Shown piece after piece: positions 8,033 to 17,589 of a stretch of 54,122 nt of DNA. The notes beneath the pieces are model-generated. The model was not told where the DNA came from and ran no database searches. It worked only from the letters and a program-made list of their open reading frames with translations. The stretch comes from Candidatus Levybacteria bacterium RIFCSPHIGHO2_01_FULL_41_15 (GTDB lineage Bacteria; Patescibacteriota; Microgenomatia; Levybacterales; UBA12049), in the NCBI GenBank assembly GCA_001782165.1, contig MFNV01000009.1:1-54122 (forward strand), in the 5' to 3' direction. Within the stretch, counting starts at the first letter, position 1. The number at the start of each line of letters is the position of its first letter. The position numbers and the translations under genes are program-made.

Positions 8033-8506
8033 TTACCACCTGAAATGAGCGAAAGCTTTATTTGCTTCTGCCATTCTGTGGACAACGTCTCTTTTTTTAA
8101 TTGCTTCTCCTTTGTTTTCTAAGGCATCCAGAAATTCTGCTGCAAGTTTTTCAGAAAATGTATGATAGTCTTTGTTGGACCTTCTGCGTGCCGCCTGTAT
8201 AAGCCACCTTATTGCAAGCGATGTTCGTCTGTCCCCTCTTACTTCAACAGGTATCTGATAAGATGCTCCACCCACTCTTCTTGCCTTAACTTCCTGTCTA
8301 GGTTCAATATTTGAGAGCGCTTTTTCAAAAACCTCAAGAGCATCTTCCCCCTGTTTTGAGATGTTTTCCAAAGCATTATAAAAGACTTTCTGAGCAACGG
8401 TCTTTTTTCCATCGCGCATCAAGTTGTTTATGAACTTCGTTGCGAGTTTGCTTCTGTAAATCTTGTCCGGCTCAGCTTGTCTTTTCCCTGCTTTCTTATG
8501 TCTCAT
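8033..8506 (-). CDS. rpsG: 30S ribosomal protein S7
   Basis: GKKTVAQK, RRVGGASYQIPVEV and MAEANKAFAHFRW motifs. Start set at ATG 8506. Confidence 0.99.
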   Translation of the reverse strand: MRHKKAGKRQAEPDKIYRSKLATKFINNLMRDGKKTVAQKVFYNALENISKQGEDALEVFEKALSNIEPRQEVKARRVGGASYQIPVEVRGDRRTSLAIRWLIQAARRRSNKDYHTFSEKLAAEFLDALENKGEAIKKRDVVHRMAEANKAFAHFRW

Positions 8507-8509
8507 CAA

Positions 8510-8598
8510 ATTAAATTAAAAATTAAAAATTAAAAATAAAATTTGAAATATATTCTTTTTTATTTTTGATATGTATTTTTTATATTTTATACTTTATT
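8510..8598. repeat. AT-rich heptamer-period inverted repeat between rpsL and rpsG
   Basis: aaattaa-aaattaa-aaattaa-aaataaa ... tattttt, tatattt-tatactt. Confidence 0.6.
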
Positions 8599-9072
8599 TT
8601 ATCCTGCGGTTTCCGCTGGCGCCTCTGCCGTAGTCTGGGCTTCTGCGGTCGGTTTAGGCGCTGCCTCTCCTCGCTTTGTTCCGTACTTGCTTCTTGCCGT
8701 CTTCCTTCCTTCAACTCCTGCAAGATCAAACTTGCCTCTTACAATATGGTATTTAACACCCGGCAAATCTTTAACTCTTCCTCCCCGCACCAAAACAATT
8801 CCATGTTCTGAAAGCGCATGTCCAATTCCTTGAATATAAGCAGTTACTTCCATTTTGTTTGAAAGCTTAACTCTTGCAACCTTTCGAAGAGCAGAATTAG
8901 GCTTTCTAGGAGTCATTGTTTTAACAAGAGTCACTACCCCTCTTTTTTGAGGAGCTGTTATTGATTTGTAAACCTGGTCTTTGGAATTAAATATTCTTCG
9001 TAGTGCTGTTGACCTGGTTTTTTTAACTTTGCTCTTTCTTCCTTTTCTTGAAAGCTGTGATAAGGTAGGCAT
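8599..9072 (-). CDS. rpsL: 30S ribosomal protein S12 with C-terminal Ala/Glu-rich extension
   Basis: [10 protein letters not shown] and [12 protein letters not shown] motifs. Confidence 0.99.
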   Translation of the reverse strand: MPTLSQLSRKGRKSKVKKTRSTALRRIFNSKDQVYKSITAPQKRGVVTLVKTMTPRKPNSALRKVARVKLSNKMEVTAYIQGIGHALSEHGIVLVRGGRVKDLPGVKYHIVRGKFDLAGVEGRKTARSKYGTKRGEAAPKPTAEAQTTAEAPAETAG

Positions 9073-9088
9073 CGTTTTAAATTTTTTA

Positions 9089-9165
9089 ATTACTAATTTC
9101 TAATTGACCTAAAATTTAGAAATTAGATCAATTAGGTTAATCAGGTTAATTAGGTTAATTGAAGT
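9089..9165. repeat. hairpin plus 9-bp-period tandem repeat between rpoC and rpsL
   Basis: ctaatttctaa...ttagaaattag stem; aattagatc-aattaggtt-aatcaggtt-aattaggtt-aattgaagt. Confidence 0.7.
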
Positions 9166-9169
9166 AGTA

Positions 9170-12100
9170 TTATACATTATCTGCGGAAGGTTGTTCAACT
9201 CCAATTTTATCGGGGTCAACCCCCGTTTGAGGAGGAAAGGGTTCGAAAGATCCCATCTCAAAATCGGTGGAGACTGAATCTGGGGCAACAGGAATCAGTC
9301 TTCCAATAATAACGTTTTCCTTAAGACCCATAAGCCTATCCTCCTGTCCCTGTAAAACAGCCTCTGTAAGAACCTTAGTCGTTTCCTGGAATGATGCTGC
9401 AGAAAGCCAGGAATCCGAGAAAAGTGATGATTTAGTAATCCCAAGAAGAATTTGTCTCGCAGTTGCAGGCTCCCCTCCCTGAGAAAGTGTTTCTGCATTT
9501 ATCTCCTCAAACTTAACTTTTGTTATGAAATCTCCGGGAATAAGAGAAGTGTCTCCGACTGTTTCAATTACCACCTTATCTGACATTTTTCGCAATATTA
9601 CCTCAAAATGTTTATCGTTAATTTCAATACCTTGAAATTCGTAAACTCTCTGAGCTTCTGCGATTATGTACCTTTGAGCGTCAATAATTCCCCTTATTTT
9701 CAGAATGTCTTTTGGATCAAGGTATCCCTGGGCAAGCTGAGACCCTGAGGAGATTGCATCACCGTCTTCTACTGTCAGCTCAGATGCCAAAGGGATAAAA
9801 TATTCTCTCTCTTCAGGAGGTTTAGTTCTTGGATTTCGAACTTTAACAATATATCCGTCCTCTGTTTTTTCGATCTTTATCTTTCCTGCAATATCAGACA
9901 TGGGAGAAAGATTCTTGGGGGTTCTCATTTCAAAAAGCTCCTCAACTCGGGGTAACCCTTGGGTAACATCGGACATTACTACCCCCCCAAAATGTCTTAC
10001 TCTCATGGTTAGCTGAGTCCCGGGTTCTCCAATTGACTGCGCCGCGATAACCCCCACGGGAACCCCTATTTTTACTTTTCTCTTGGTTGAAAAATCCCAA
10101 CCATAACAGGAGGCACATACCCCATATTCTATCTTGCAGATAAGAGGAGACCTTAAGTATACCTCTTCGATGTCACCGGACGAAACAAGATGAGCTTTCT
10201 CCTCATTAAGCTCCCCGCCTTCTTTAACAATTACTTTTTTGTTTTTTTTAGAAACTATATTTGATGCTGCAATTCTTCCCAATATTCTGTCATAAAAGGT
10301 TGCTCTTCTATCAGGCTCCTCTTTTAATACTGCGATTCCGTCTTTTGTTCCGCAATCTTCGCCTCTTATGATAACATCATGAGCAACATCAACCAACCTT
10401 CGCGTAAGATAACCGGCATTTGCAGTCTTTAAAGCAGAATCTGTCAGACCTTTTCTTGAACCCCGCGCACTTGCTACATATTCAAAAATTGATAATCCTT
10501 CCCTGAAGTTCGATTTAATTGGTAACTCAACTATTTTCCCTAGTGGATCTAGGATTAGACCTCTTATTGCAGACAGCTGCTTAACTTGCTCTTTACCTGC
10601 CCTAGCGCCTTCTGAATCAATAATTACCTTGATAGGGTTTTCGGATCTTAAGGAAGCCCAGGTTTTATCCGCAAGTTCATCAGTGATTGCAAGCCATACA
10701 TCATTCTCAAGTCTTTTTCTTTCATCATTTGTAATAAGGCCCTGCTGGTATTCAATCTCAATTTCTTTAATTTTCCTTTCGGCGTCCTGGATGCTTTTAT
10801 CTTTTCCTTCCACCATTTGATTATCAAATACCGAAACTGAAACACCTGATATTGTTGCTCCATAGAATCCGAGAGTCTTTATATTGTCTATAAGTTTCTC
10901 AACTTCCTCCGGGGAATAATTTGCTATAGCATGTGTTACTATTTTTTTGATGCCCGATGCTTTTACGGGGTTGTTTATAAATTCTAAAGTTTTAGGAAGT
11001 TTTTCGTTAAACATTATTCTTCCCACCGTTGTTTCGGTAATTTTGCCATCTATTCTGACTTTTATGGGTTCTCTGAATTTTATTTTGAACAAAGAATGGG
11101 CAAGAATAGCCTCATCTGGTGATCCAAAAACAGACTGAGAATCATTCCTTAAGGTTTCATCAAGACTTGTAAGATAGAATATTCCAACCGCCATTTCTTT
11201 GTTTGGAAGAGTTATGGGACTTCCATCGGCGGGTTTTAAAAGATTGTGCCTTGGCATCATCAGATTCACTGCTTCTTCCTTGGCCATGTTGGACAAAGGT
11301 ATATGAACTGCCATTTGATCTCCGTCAAAATCAGCATTGTAACCGGCACACACGCATGGATGAAGGCTTATTGCTGATCCCTCTATAAGTACCGGGTAGA
11401 AAGCCTGAATTCCCAATTTATGTAAAGTTGGTGCGCGGTTTAAAAGAACTGGATGATTTTTGGTAATTTCCTCAAGAATATCAAATACCTCAGGGGGTCT
11501 TTTTTCAATAAACCTTTTTGCTGATTTTATATTTGGGGCATATCCTCTTACAATTACTTCGCGCAAAACAAAAGGCTTAAACATTTCAAGAGCCATCTCT
11601 TTAGGAAGGCCGCATTCAGAAAGATCAAGTTCTGGACCAACGACAATAACAGATCTTCCTGAATAATCCACTCTTTTACCTAGGAGGTTTTGCCTAAATC
11701 TTCCCTGTTTTCCCCTAAGCATGTCTGATAGTGATCTTAAAGGAGAGGCTACTACCTGTGTTGATCTTTGGGATACATCAATCAATGCATCGACTGACTC
11801 CTGAAGCATCCTTTTTTCGTTTCGTAAGATTATTTCAGGAGCTCCAAGAATTATAAGATGCTTTAATCTGTTATTTCTGTTAATAACACGTCTATACAAA
11901 TCATTAAGATCAGATGTCGCAAATCTTCCTCCTGCAAGCTGTACCATGGGGCGAAGATCAGGCGGGAGAACAGGCAGAACTGAAATAACCATAGAGGAAG
12001 GGGAAACACCCGCCTTTCTCATTGATTCAATAAGTCTTAATCTCTTGATAAGCTTAAGATATTTCTGTCCTTTTGATTTTTCTGCTTCTTTTCGAAGTTT

Positions 12101-12976
12101 AATAATTAAATCGGGGAGGTCAAGTCTGTTAAGAAGCTCAAGTATTCCCTCAGTCCCTGTCCGCATGGTAAAGAAGACAGGAATGTCATATTCAAGAATC
12201 TTAAAGTATTCATCTTCTGAAAGAACCGTCCCTACACGGAGGCTTTTTATAAGCCGAGATAGTGCTTCGTAAATTTCATCTATCTTTTTCTCTTCCTCAA
12301 TCAGTCTTTCCTGAAGGACTGCAATTTTTTGTCTTTCTGTTAAATCAAGTTCCTGATATATAAGCCCTCTCTGCTCTTCTTTTATTTTGGAAGATTCCTT
12401 TTTCTTGACCACTGTTTCCTCTTTTATTTTTTTCTCCTCAGAAAGAATTTCTTGTCGCTGGATTTTCTTTCTTTCTTCAATGTTTTTAAGAAATTTATCA
12501 AGCGCTTCTTTTTTCTTATCCTCGTCAACATCCACAACCAAAAATGAGGCGTAATAAATTACGGACTCCAAACTTCTTTGAGACATGTCAAGAATAAGAG
12601 AAAGGGGAGACGTTGATCCTTTAAAGAACCAAACATGAGAAACGGGTGAGGAAAGATTAATGTGCCCCATTCTTTCTCTTCGAACTCTTGATGTGGTTAC
12701 TTCAACTCCGCATTTATCACAGATAACACCTCTATGTCTTATTCTTTTATATTTTCCGCAGTAACATTCCCAATCTTTGGTTGGACCAAAAATTCTCTCA
12801 TCAAAAAGCCCATCCTTTTCAGGACGCAGCGTCCTGTAATTAATAGTCTCAGGCTTGGTAACCTCTCCGTATGACCAGGAGAGAATATCATCCTTATTAG
12901 CAAGAACAATCTTTAAAGACTTAAAATCCAAAATTGTAATATCTTTCATTTTTTTATTATCAGTTCTGTTATTCAT
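9170..12976 (-). CDS. rpoC: RNA polymerase beta' subunit
   Basis: NADFDGDQM catalytic motif, N-terminal Zn finger, GKRVDYSGRS. Confidence 0.99.
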   Translation of the reverse strand: MNNRTDNKKMKDITILDFKSLKIVLANKDDILSWSYGEVTKPETINYRTLRPEKDGLFDERIFGPTKDWECYCGKYKRIRHRGVICDKCGVEVTTSRVRRERMGHINLSSPVSHVWFFKGSTSPLSLILDMSQRSLESVIYYASFLVVDVDEDKKKEALDKFLKNIEERKKIQRQEILSEEKKIKEETVVKKKESSKIKEEQRGLIYQELDLTERQKIAVLQERLIEEEKKIDEIYEALSRLIKSLRVGTVLSEDEYFKILEYDIPVFFTMRTGTEGILELLNRLDLPDLIIKLRKEAEKSKGQKYLKLIKRLRLIESMRKAGVSPSSMVISVLPVLPPDLRPMVQLAGGRFATSDLNDLYRRVINRNNRLKHLIILGAPEIILRNEKRMLQESVDALIDVSQRSTQVVASPLRSLSDMLRGKQGRFRQNLLGKRVDYSGRSVIVVGPELDLSECGLPKEMALEMFKPFVLREVIVRGYAPNIKSAKRFIEKRPPEVFDILEEITKNHPVLLNRAPTLHKLGIQAFYPVLIEGSAISLHPCVCAGYNADFDGDQMAVHIPLSNMAKEEAVNLMMPRHNLLKPADGSPITLPNKEMAVGIFYLTSLDETLRNDSQSVFGSPDEAILAHSLFKIKFREPIKVRIDGKITETTVGRIMFNEKLPKTLEFINNPVKASGIKKIVTHAIANYSPEEVEKLIDNIKTLGFYGATISGVSVSVFDNQMVEGKDKSIQDAERKIKEIEIEYQQGLITNDERKRLENDVWLAITDELADKTWASLRSENPIKVIIDSEGARAGKEQVKQLSAIRGLILDPLGKIVELPIKSNFREGLSIFEYVASARGSRKGLTDSALKTANAGYLTRRLVDVAHDVIIRGEDCGTKDGIAVLKEEPDRRATFYDRILGRIAASNIVSKKNKKVIVKEGGELNEEKAHLVSSGDIEEVYLRSPLICKIEYGVCASCYGWDFSTKRKVKIGVPVGVIAAQSIGEPGTQLTMRVRHFGGVVMSDVTQGLPRVEELFEMRTPKNLSPMSDIAGKIKIEKTEDGYIVKVRNPRTKPPEEREYFIPLASELTVEDGDAISSGSQLAQGYLDPKDILKIRGIIDAQRYIIAEAQRVYEFQGIEINDKHFEVILRKMSDKVVIETVGDTSLIPGDFITKVKFEEINAETLSQGGEPATARQILLGITKSSLFSDSWLSAASFQETTKVLTEAVLQGQEDRLMGLKENVIIGRLIPVAPDSVSTDFEMGSFEPFPPQTGVDPDKIGVEQPSADNV

Positions 12977-15900
12977 CTCTCGTCTCCCCTTTCTGAATAA
13001 ATTCTTCTTTTATCGTACCCTCACTTACACCCGTTCCTGTCTCTTCCTGAGAGGGAATTCCCTTTTCCCCCATTTCCTCACGAAGCTCTCTTCTCTCTTG
13101 TTCGGTTTTCTCCTGTTCTGCGACTGTTTTCCCTTCGGGTTTTTCTTCCTCTGAAACATCAGGAAGTGCCACATTTACAGACTGAGGTGTATCAACGGTT
13201 ACGCCTTGTGCTATAACATTTATACCAAGGGCGGCAAGTTCTTTTATTAAAACCCGAAATGACTCCGGGACCTTAGGGGTTGGAATATCGGTCCCTTTTA
13301 CGATTGCCTCAAAAGCCTTAGCACGTCCTACAACGTCGTCTGATTTTATAGTTAACATTTCCTGAAGAATATATCTTGCACGATGAGCTTCAAGTGCCCA
13401 GACCTCCATCTCTCCAAGTCTTTGCCCTCCCATTTGCGCCTTTCCGCCTAGGGGCTGCTGGGTAACTAGAGAGTAAGGACCGGTAGATCTGGCATGAGTT
13501 TTATCTTCTACCATATGAATCAGTTTCATAATGTATTCAACTCCTACAACGACTGAATTTTCATAAGCTTCCCCAGTTCTACCATCATAAAGAGTTGTCT
13601 TGCCATTTTCTGGAAGTTTTGCGGTTTTAAGAAGAGAAATAATTCTCTCTTCTCCAACTTCTTCAAAAACTGGTACTGCAACTTTAATATTAAGTTTCTT
13701 TGCCGCCCAACCAAGATGCGCCTCGAGAAGCTGTCCCAAGTTCATGCGAGCCAAAACACTTATGGGGGAAATAATAATATCAACAGGTGTACCGTCAGAT
13801 AAATAAGGCATATCTTCTTGCGGTAGAATCTTTGAGATAACTCCTTTGTTTCCGTGCCGTCCGGCAAGCTTATCTCCGACAGTTACATGACGAAACTGTG
13901 CAACTTCAACAATAATTTTTTTGATAGTTCCCGGCTCAAGCTCATCTCCTTTTTTTTGATCAAGAATCTGAATACTTATAACTGTTCCTCTTTCTCCATT
14001 AGGAACGCGAAGAGAGGTATCCCTCACTTCCCTTGCCTGTTCTCCAAAAATTGCCCTAAGGAGCCTTTCTTCTGCGGTAAGTTCTGTTTCTCCCTTAGGA
14101 GCGATTTTCCCAACTAGGATATCTCCGGGCCCCACCTCGCTTCCCACAACGACAATTCCTTCCTCGTCCAAATTTGCCAGATCTTCTTCAGAAACATTTG
14201 GAATATCTCTTGTTGTTTCCTCAGATCCGAGTTTGGTATCAACAACAGATGCTTCATATTTTTCAATATGAATTGATGAAAGAGTATCCTCCTTAACAAG
14301 CCTGTCCGATATAACAATGGCATCCTCATATCCTAGCCCATCCAGAGAGGCATAGGCGATAATCAAATTTTTTCCAAGAGCTTGTTCTCCGTCACAAGAT
14401 GCAGGTCCGTCGACAAGAATATCTCCCTTTTTCACTTTTTGTCCGGGGAAAACCTTTGCTCTCTGAGTATAAGAGGTTGCCTGAGAACTTCTCTTAAATG
14501 AATTAATTCCAAATTCTTTTTTTTCACTGTTTCTTGATCTTATTATAACTTTATTTGAGTCGACATAGGAAACTGTTCCGTCAATCGGAGACTTGATTAC
14601 TCTTCCCATAACCTGGGCGATTGTGCTCTCCATTCCTGTACCCACAACTGGACTTTCGGGATTTACAAGAGGAACTGCCTGACACTGCATATGAGTACCC
14701 ATAAGTGCCCTGTTCGCCTCATCATGGCTTACAAAAGGAATGAGGGACGCGGCAGATCCGACAACCTGTCTTGGAACAACATCTACATACTCTACGTTCT
14801 CTTTTTCTGTTTCTATAAACTCTCCTTTGTGCCTTACGGGAACACGATCTTCCTGAATAAACCCGTTTTTGTCCAGAACACCTGAATGGGTAATATAATA
14901 ATTTTGTTCATCATCTGCTGTCATGTAAATTGTTTCATCGGTTGCTTTCACTAAAGTCTTTCCCCCGCTTTTGCGAATAGCTGTCTTTCTATAGGGAGTT
15001 TCCAAAAATCCAAATTCATTTACTTTTGCATAAAGAGCAATATAGGTTACGAGTCCAATATTGGGTCCCTCGGGACTTCTTATCGGACAGATTCTTCCAT
15101 ACTGGGAACTGTTAATATCACGAATAGAAAAAGCCGCTCTTTCTCTTGAAATTCCTCCCGTACCCATAACTGTAAGACGATTCAGATTATCTATCTCAGA
15201 AAGAGGATTTGTCTGATCAAGAATTGTTGAGAGCTGTGAAGTTCTGAAAAATTCATTTATAGATGCCATTATGGGTCTTGCGTTTATAAGACCTGCAATT
15301 GTTACGGGAACATCAGGCTGAATAAGACTCATTCTTTCCTTTACGCTTCGCTCAAGTCTTAGAATTCCCACGCGGAAGGCATTAGTTGCAACAAGTTCCC
15401 CCACTCTTCTAACACGTCTATTTGCAAGACTGTCAATATCATCTATCCCATCCTTTCCTTGGGCAAGTTCAATAAGAAAGGCTATTGTTCCTATAACATC
15501 ATCTATGGTGAGTACTCTTTCCTCTGAGAGTTTAAAACCCGGAGCATCTTTGAGTTTTTTATTTATCTTATATCTTCCGACTCTTCCAAGATCATAGCGT
15601 CTTGCATGGAAAAACATCCCATAAAAGCTTTCCTTAATTTTATCAAGAACTATTGGTTCTCCCGGATGCATCTTTCTGAAAATTTCAACAAGAGCTTCTT
15701 GAGAATCGGGGGTTTCATCTTTTTTAAGGGTATTATCTATAAAAGAGGCTTTCCCTTCTTCAGGCTCCTTAAATTTTTCTCTTATATCATCATTTGAGGA
15801 AATCCCAAGGGCTCGCAAAAATGTTGTTGCTAAAAACTTTCTTCTTCTGTCAATTCTCACGGTTATTGTTTCATGTCTTGTTGTTGAAAACTCAAGCCAT

Positions 15901-16409
15901 GACCCATGCACCGGTCTTATCTCGGCAGTATATATTTTTTTTCCCGTAACATTATCTTGTATAACTGTAAAGTAGGCGCCGGGAGATCGAACCAACTGGT
16001 TTACAATAGTTCTCTCGACACCATTTATAATAAAGGTTCCTCTCTCTGTCATTTGAGGGATGTCTCCAAGAAAAACTTCCTGTTTGATGGTCTTATTTGT
16101 TTTTTTGTTAAGAAGCTCAGCGCTTACATACAAAGGCGCATCAAACGTTATTCCTTTTGTTATACAAAAATCAGTGGACTTTGGGGGTTTTCCAATCCTG
16201 TAATCTTTAAATATTAAAGTCCAGTTTTTTTCGGTAAAATCATCGATGGGGGAAATCTCCTGAAGAATCTCTCCAATTCCTTTTTCCAAAAACCAAGCAT
16301 AAGAATCTTTCTGTACTGCAAGAAGGTCAAGTGTCGGTAAGAACGAATATTCTTTCCCCCAGTTTATTCTGGTGTTGTTTCTGTTTATAAACTTGTCAGC
16401 TTTAGGCAT
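12969..16409 (-). CDS. rpoB: RNA polymerase beta subunit
   Basis: GDKLAGRHGNKG and GGQRLGEMEVWALEA motifs. Confidence 0.99.
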   Translation of the reverse strand: MPKADKFINRNNTRINWGKEYSFLPTLDLLAVQKDSYAWFLEKGIGEILQEISPIDDFTEKNWTLIFKDYRIGKPPKSTDFCITKGITFDAPLYVSAELLNKKTNKTIKQEVFLGDIPQMTERGTFIINGVERTIVNQLVRSPGAYFTVIQDNVTGKKIYTAEIRPVHGSWLEFSTTRHETITVRIDRRRKFLATTFLRALGISSNDDIREKFKEPEEGKASFIDNTLKKDETPDSQEALVEIFRKMHPGEPIVLDKIKESFYGMFFHARRYDLGRVGRYKINKKLKDAPGFKLSEERVLTIDDVIGTIAFLIELAQGKDGIDDIDSLANRRVRRVGELVATNAFRVGILRLERSVKERMSLIQPDVPVTIAGLINARPIMASINEFFRTSQLSTILDQTNPLSEIDNLNRLTVMGTGGISRERAAFSIRDINSSQYGRICPIRSPEGPNIGLVTYIALYAKVNEFGFLETPYRKTAIRKSGGKTLVKATDETIYMTADDEQNYYITHSGVLDKNGFIQEDRVPVRHKGEFIETEKENVEYVDVVPRQVVGSAASLIPFVSHDEANRALMGTHMQCQAVPLVNPESPVVGTGMESTIAQVMGRVIKSPIDGTVSYVDSNKVIIRSRNSEKKEFGINSFKRSSQATSYTQRAKVFPGQKVKKGDILVDGPASCDGEQALGKNLIIAYASLDGLGYEDAIVISDRLVKEDTLSSIHIEKYEASVVDTKLGSEETTRDIPNVSEEDLANLDEEGIVVVGSEVGPGDILVGKIAPKGETELTAEERLLRAIFGEQAREVRDTSLRVPNGERGTVISIQILDQKKGDELEPGTIKKIIVEVAQFRHVTVGDKLAGRHGNKGVISKILPQEDMPYLSDGTPVDIIISPISVLARMNLGQLLEAHLGWAAKKLNIKVAVPVFEEVGEERIISLLKTAKLPENGKTTLYDGRTGEAYENSVVVGVEYIMKLIHMVEDKTHARSTGPYSLVTQQPLGGKAQMGGQRLGEMEVWALEAHRARYILQEMLTIKSDDVVGRAKAFEAIVKGTDIPTPKVPESFRVLIKELAALGINVIAQGVTVDTPQSVNVALPDVSEEEKPEGKTVAEQEKTEQERRELREEMGEKGIPSQEETGTGVSEGTIKEEFIQKGETRDE

Positions 16410-16490
16410 CAGATAAATTCAAATTTTTCTACAACAAAAAAAATACACAGGGTTCTCACCCCTTTTTCCAAAATTTGTTGGCGTGGAGAA

Positions 16491-16519
16491 TTTATAGCAG
16501 AAAAGCCAAACCATGTCAA
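16491..16519 (-). promoter_or_regulatory. rpoBC promoter
   Basis: TTGACA-17 nt-TATAAA with TGC just upstream of the -10. Confidence 0.75.
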
Positions 16520-16549
16520 CAGTTAATTCTGATAAAATAAAAAAGGTGA

Positions 16550-17176
16550 ATGAAAAAATCTAGAAGGCAGAAGGCATTAAAGATAGTAAAAGAACTTAAA
16601 AAACTTTTTCCGACTTCAAAAACAGCTCTTGTTTACTCAACTCCCTTTGAACTTCTGGTTGCTGTAATCTTATCAGCAAGAAATACGGACAAGAAAGTGA
16701 ATGAAATTACAAAAAAACTTTTTGAAAAATATGAGACCGTAGATGATTTCAAGAATGCAAATATAAGAGGGCTCGAAAAAGACTTATCCCAACTTGGGCT
16801 CTTCAGACAAAAGGCAAAATTTATTAAAGAGACCGCAAAAATTATTTCTGAAAACTATAGCGGGGAGATTCCGAAGAGAATGGACGAATTAATCAAACTT
16901 CCGGGAGTTGGTAGAAAGACGGCAAACATAATCCTCGGAAATATTTATGGAATCGTTGAAGGAATTGCGGTTGATACTCATGTCACAAGACTTTCTAAGC
17001 TATTCGGGCTGACCAAAAACTCCGATCCAAACAAGATTGAAAAAGACCTAATGGAAATTATTCCAAAAGAAGAATGGTTTGATTTCACCAATCGCATGAT
17101 CGCCTACGGAAGACTCTATTGTCCAGCTCATTGCAGACACACCCAATGTCCTCTAAAAAGATACATTGGAATTTGA
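16550..17176 (+). CDS. nth: endonuclease III
   Basis: PFELLVAVILSA, HhH motif LPGVGRKTAN, IAVDTHV. Confidence 0.95.
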   Translation: MKKSRRQKALKIVKELKKLFPTSKTALVYSTPFELLVAVILSARNTDKKVNEITKKLFEKYETVDDFKNANIRGLEKDLSQLGLFRQKAKFIKETAKIISENYSGEIPKRMDELIKLPGVGRKTANIILGNIYGIVEGIAVDTHVTRLSKLFGLTKNSDPNKIEKDLMEIIPKEEWFDFTNRMIAYGRLYCPAHCRHTQCPLKRYIGI

Positions 17177-17199
17177 AATTTGAAATTTCAAATTTAAAA

Positions 17200-17589
17200 T
17201 TAGAATATGGAGTATGCAATTGCTCTCTCCCGGGGGCCGTTTAGTTCGATTAAAATTACCCTTTGCCAAGTTCCCAGCATTAGTTTTTTATTTTCAAAAA
17301 ACAAAGCCAAGGAAGTTCCGACAATAGATGAAAGAATGTGATCATCGGTATGAGATGGGTCATGGGGATGGCGGTAGGAAATCTTAGGAAGCATTTTTCG
17401 CAAAGCCTCTAAAATATCCTTATCAGTTCCTGGATCCAAATCTGCAGTAGTTAGTCCACAGGTTGTATGAAGTACGTTTAAAACTATTGTCCCGTTTGAC
17501 TCTTTACTTTTTTTAAGAATTTCATTAATTTTATCGGTGATATCCAAAACTTCATCCTTTTCATTTGTTATTATGTCAAACGTATTCAT
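17200..17589 (-). CDS. yjbQ: YjbQ/UPF0047 family protein
   Basis: HTTCGL and LGTWQRVILIELNGPR motifs. Confidence 0.92.
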   Translation of the reverse strand: MNTFDIITNEKDEVLDITDKINEILKKSKESNGTIVLNVLHTTCGLTTADLDPGTDKDILEALRKMLPKISYRHPHDPSHTDDHILSSIVGTSLALFFENKKLMLGTWQRVILIELNGPRERAIAYSIF

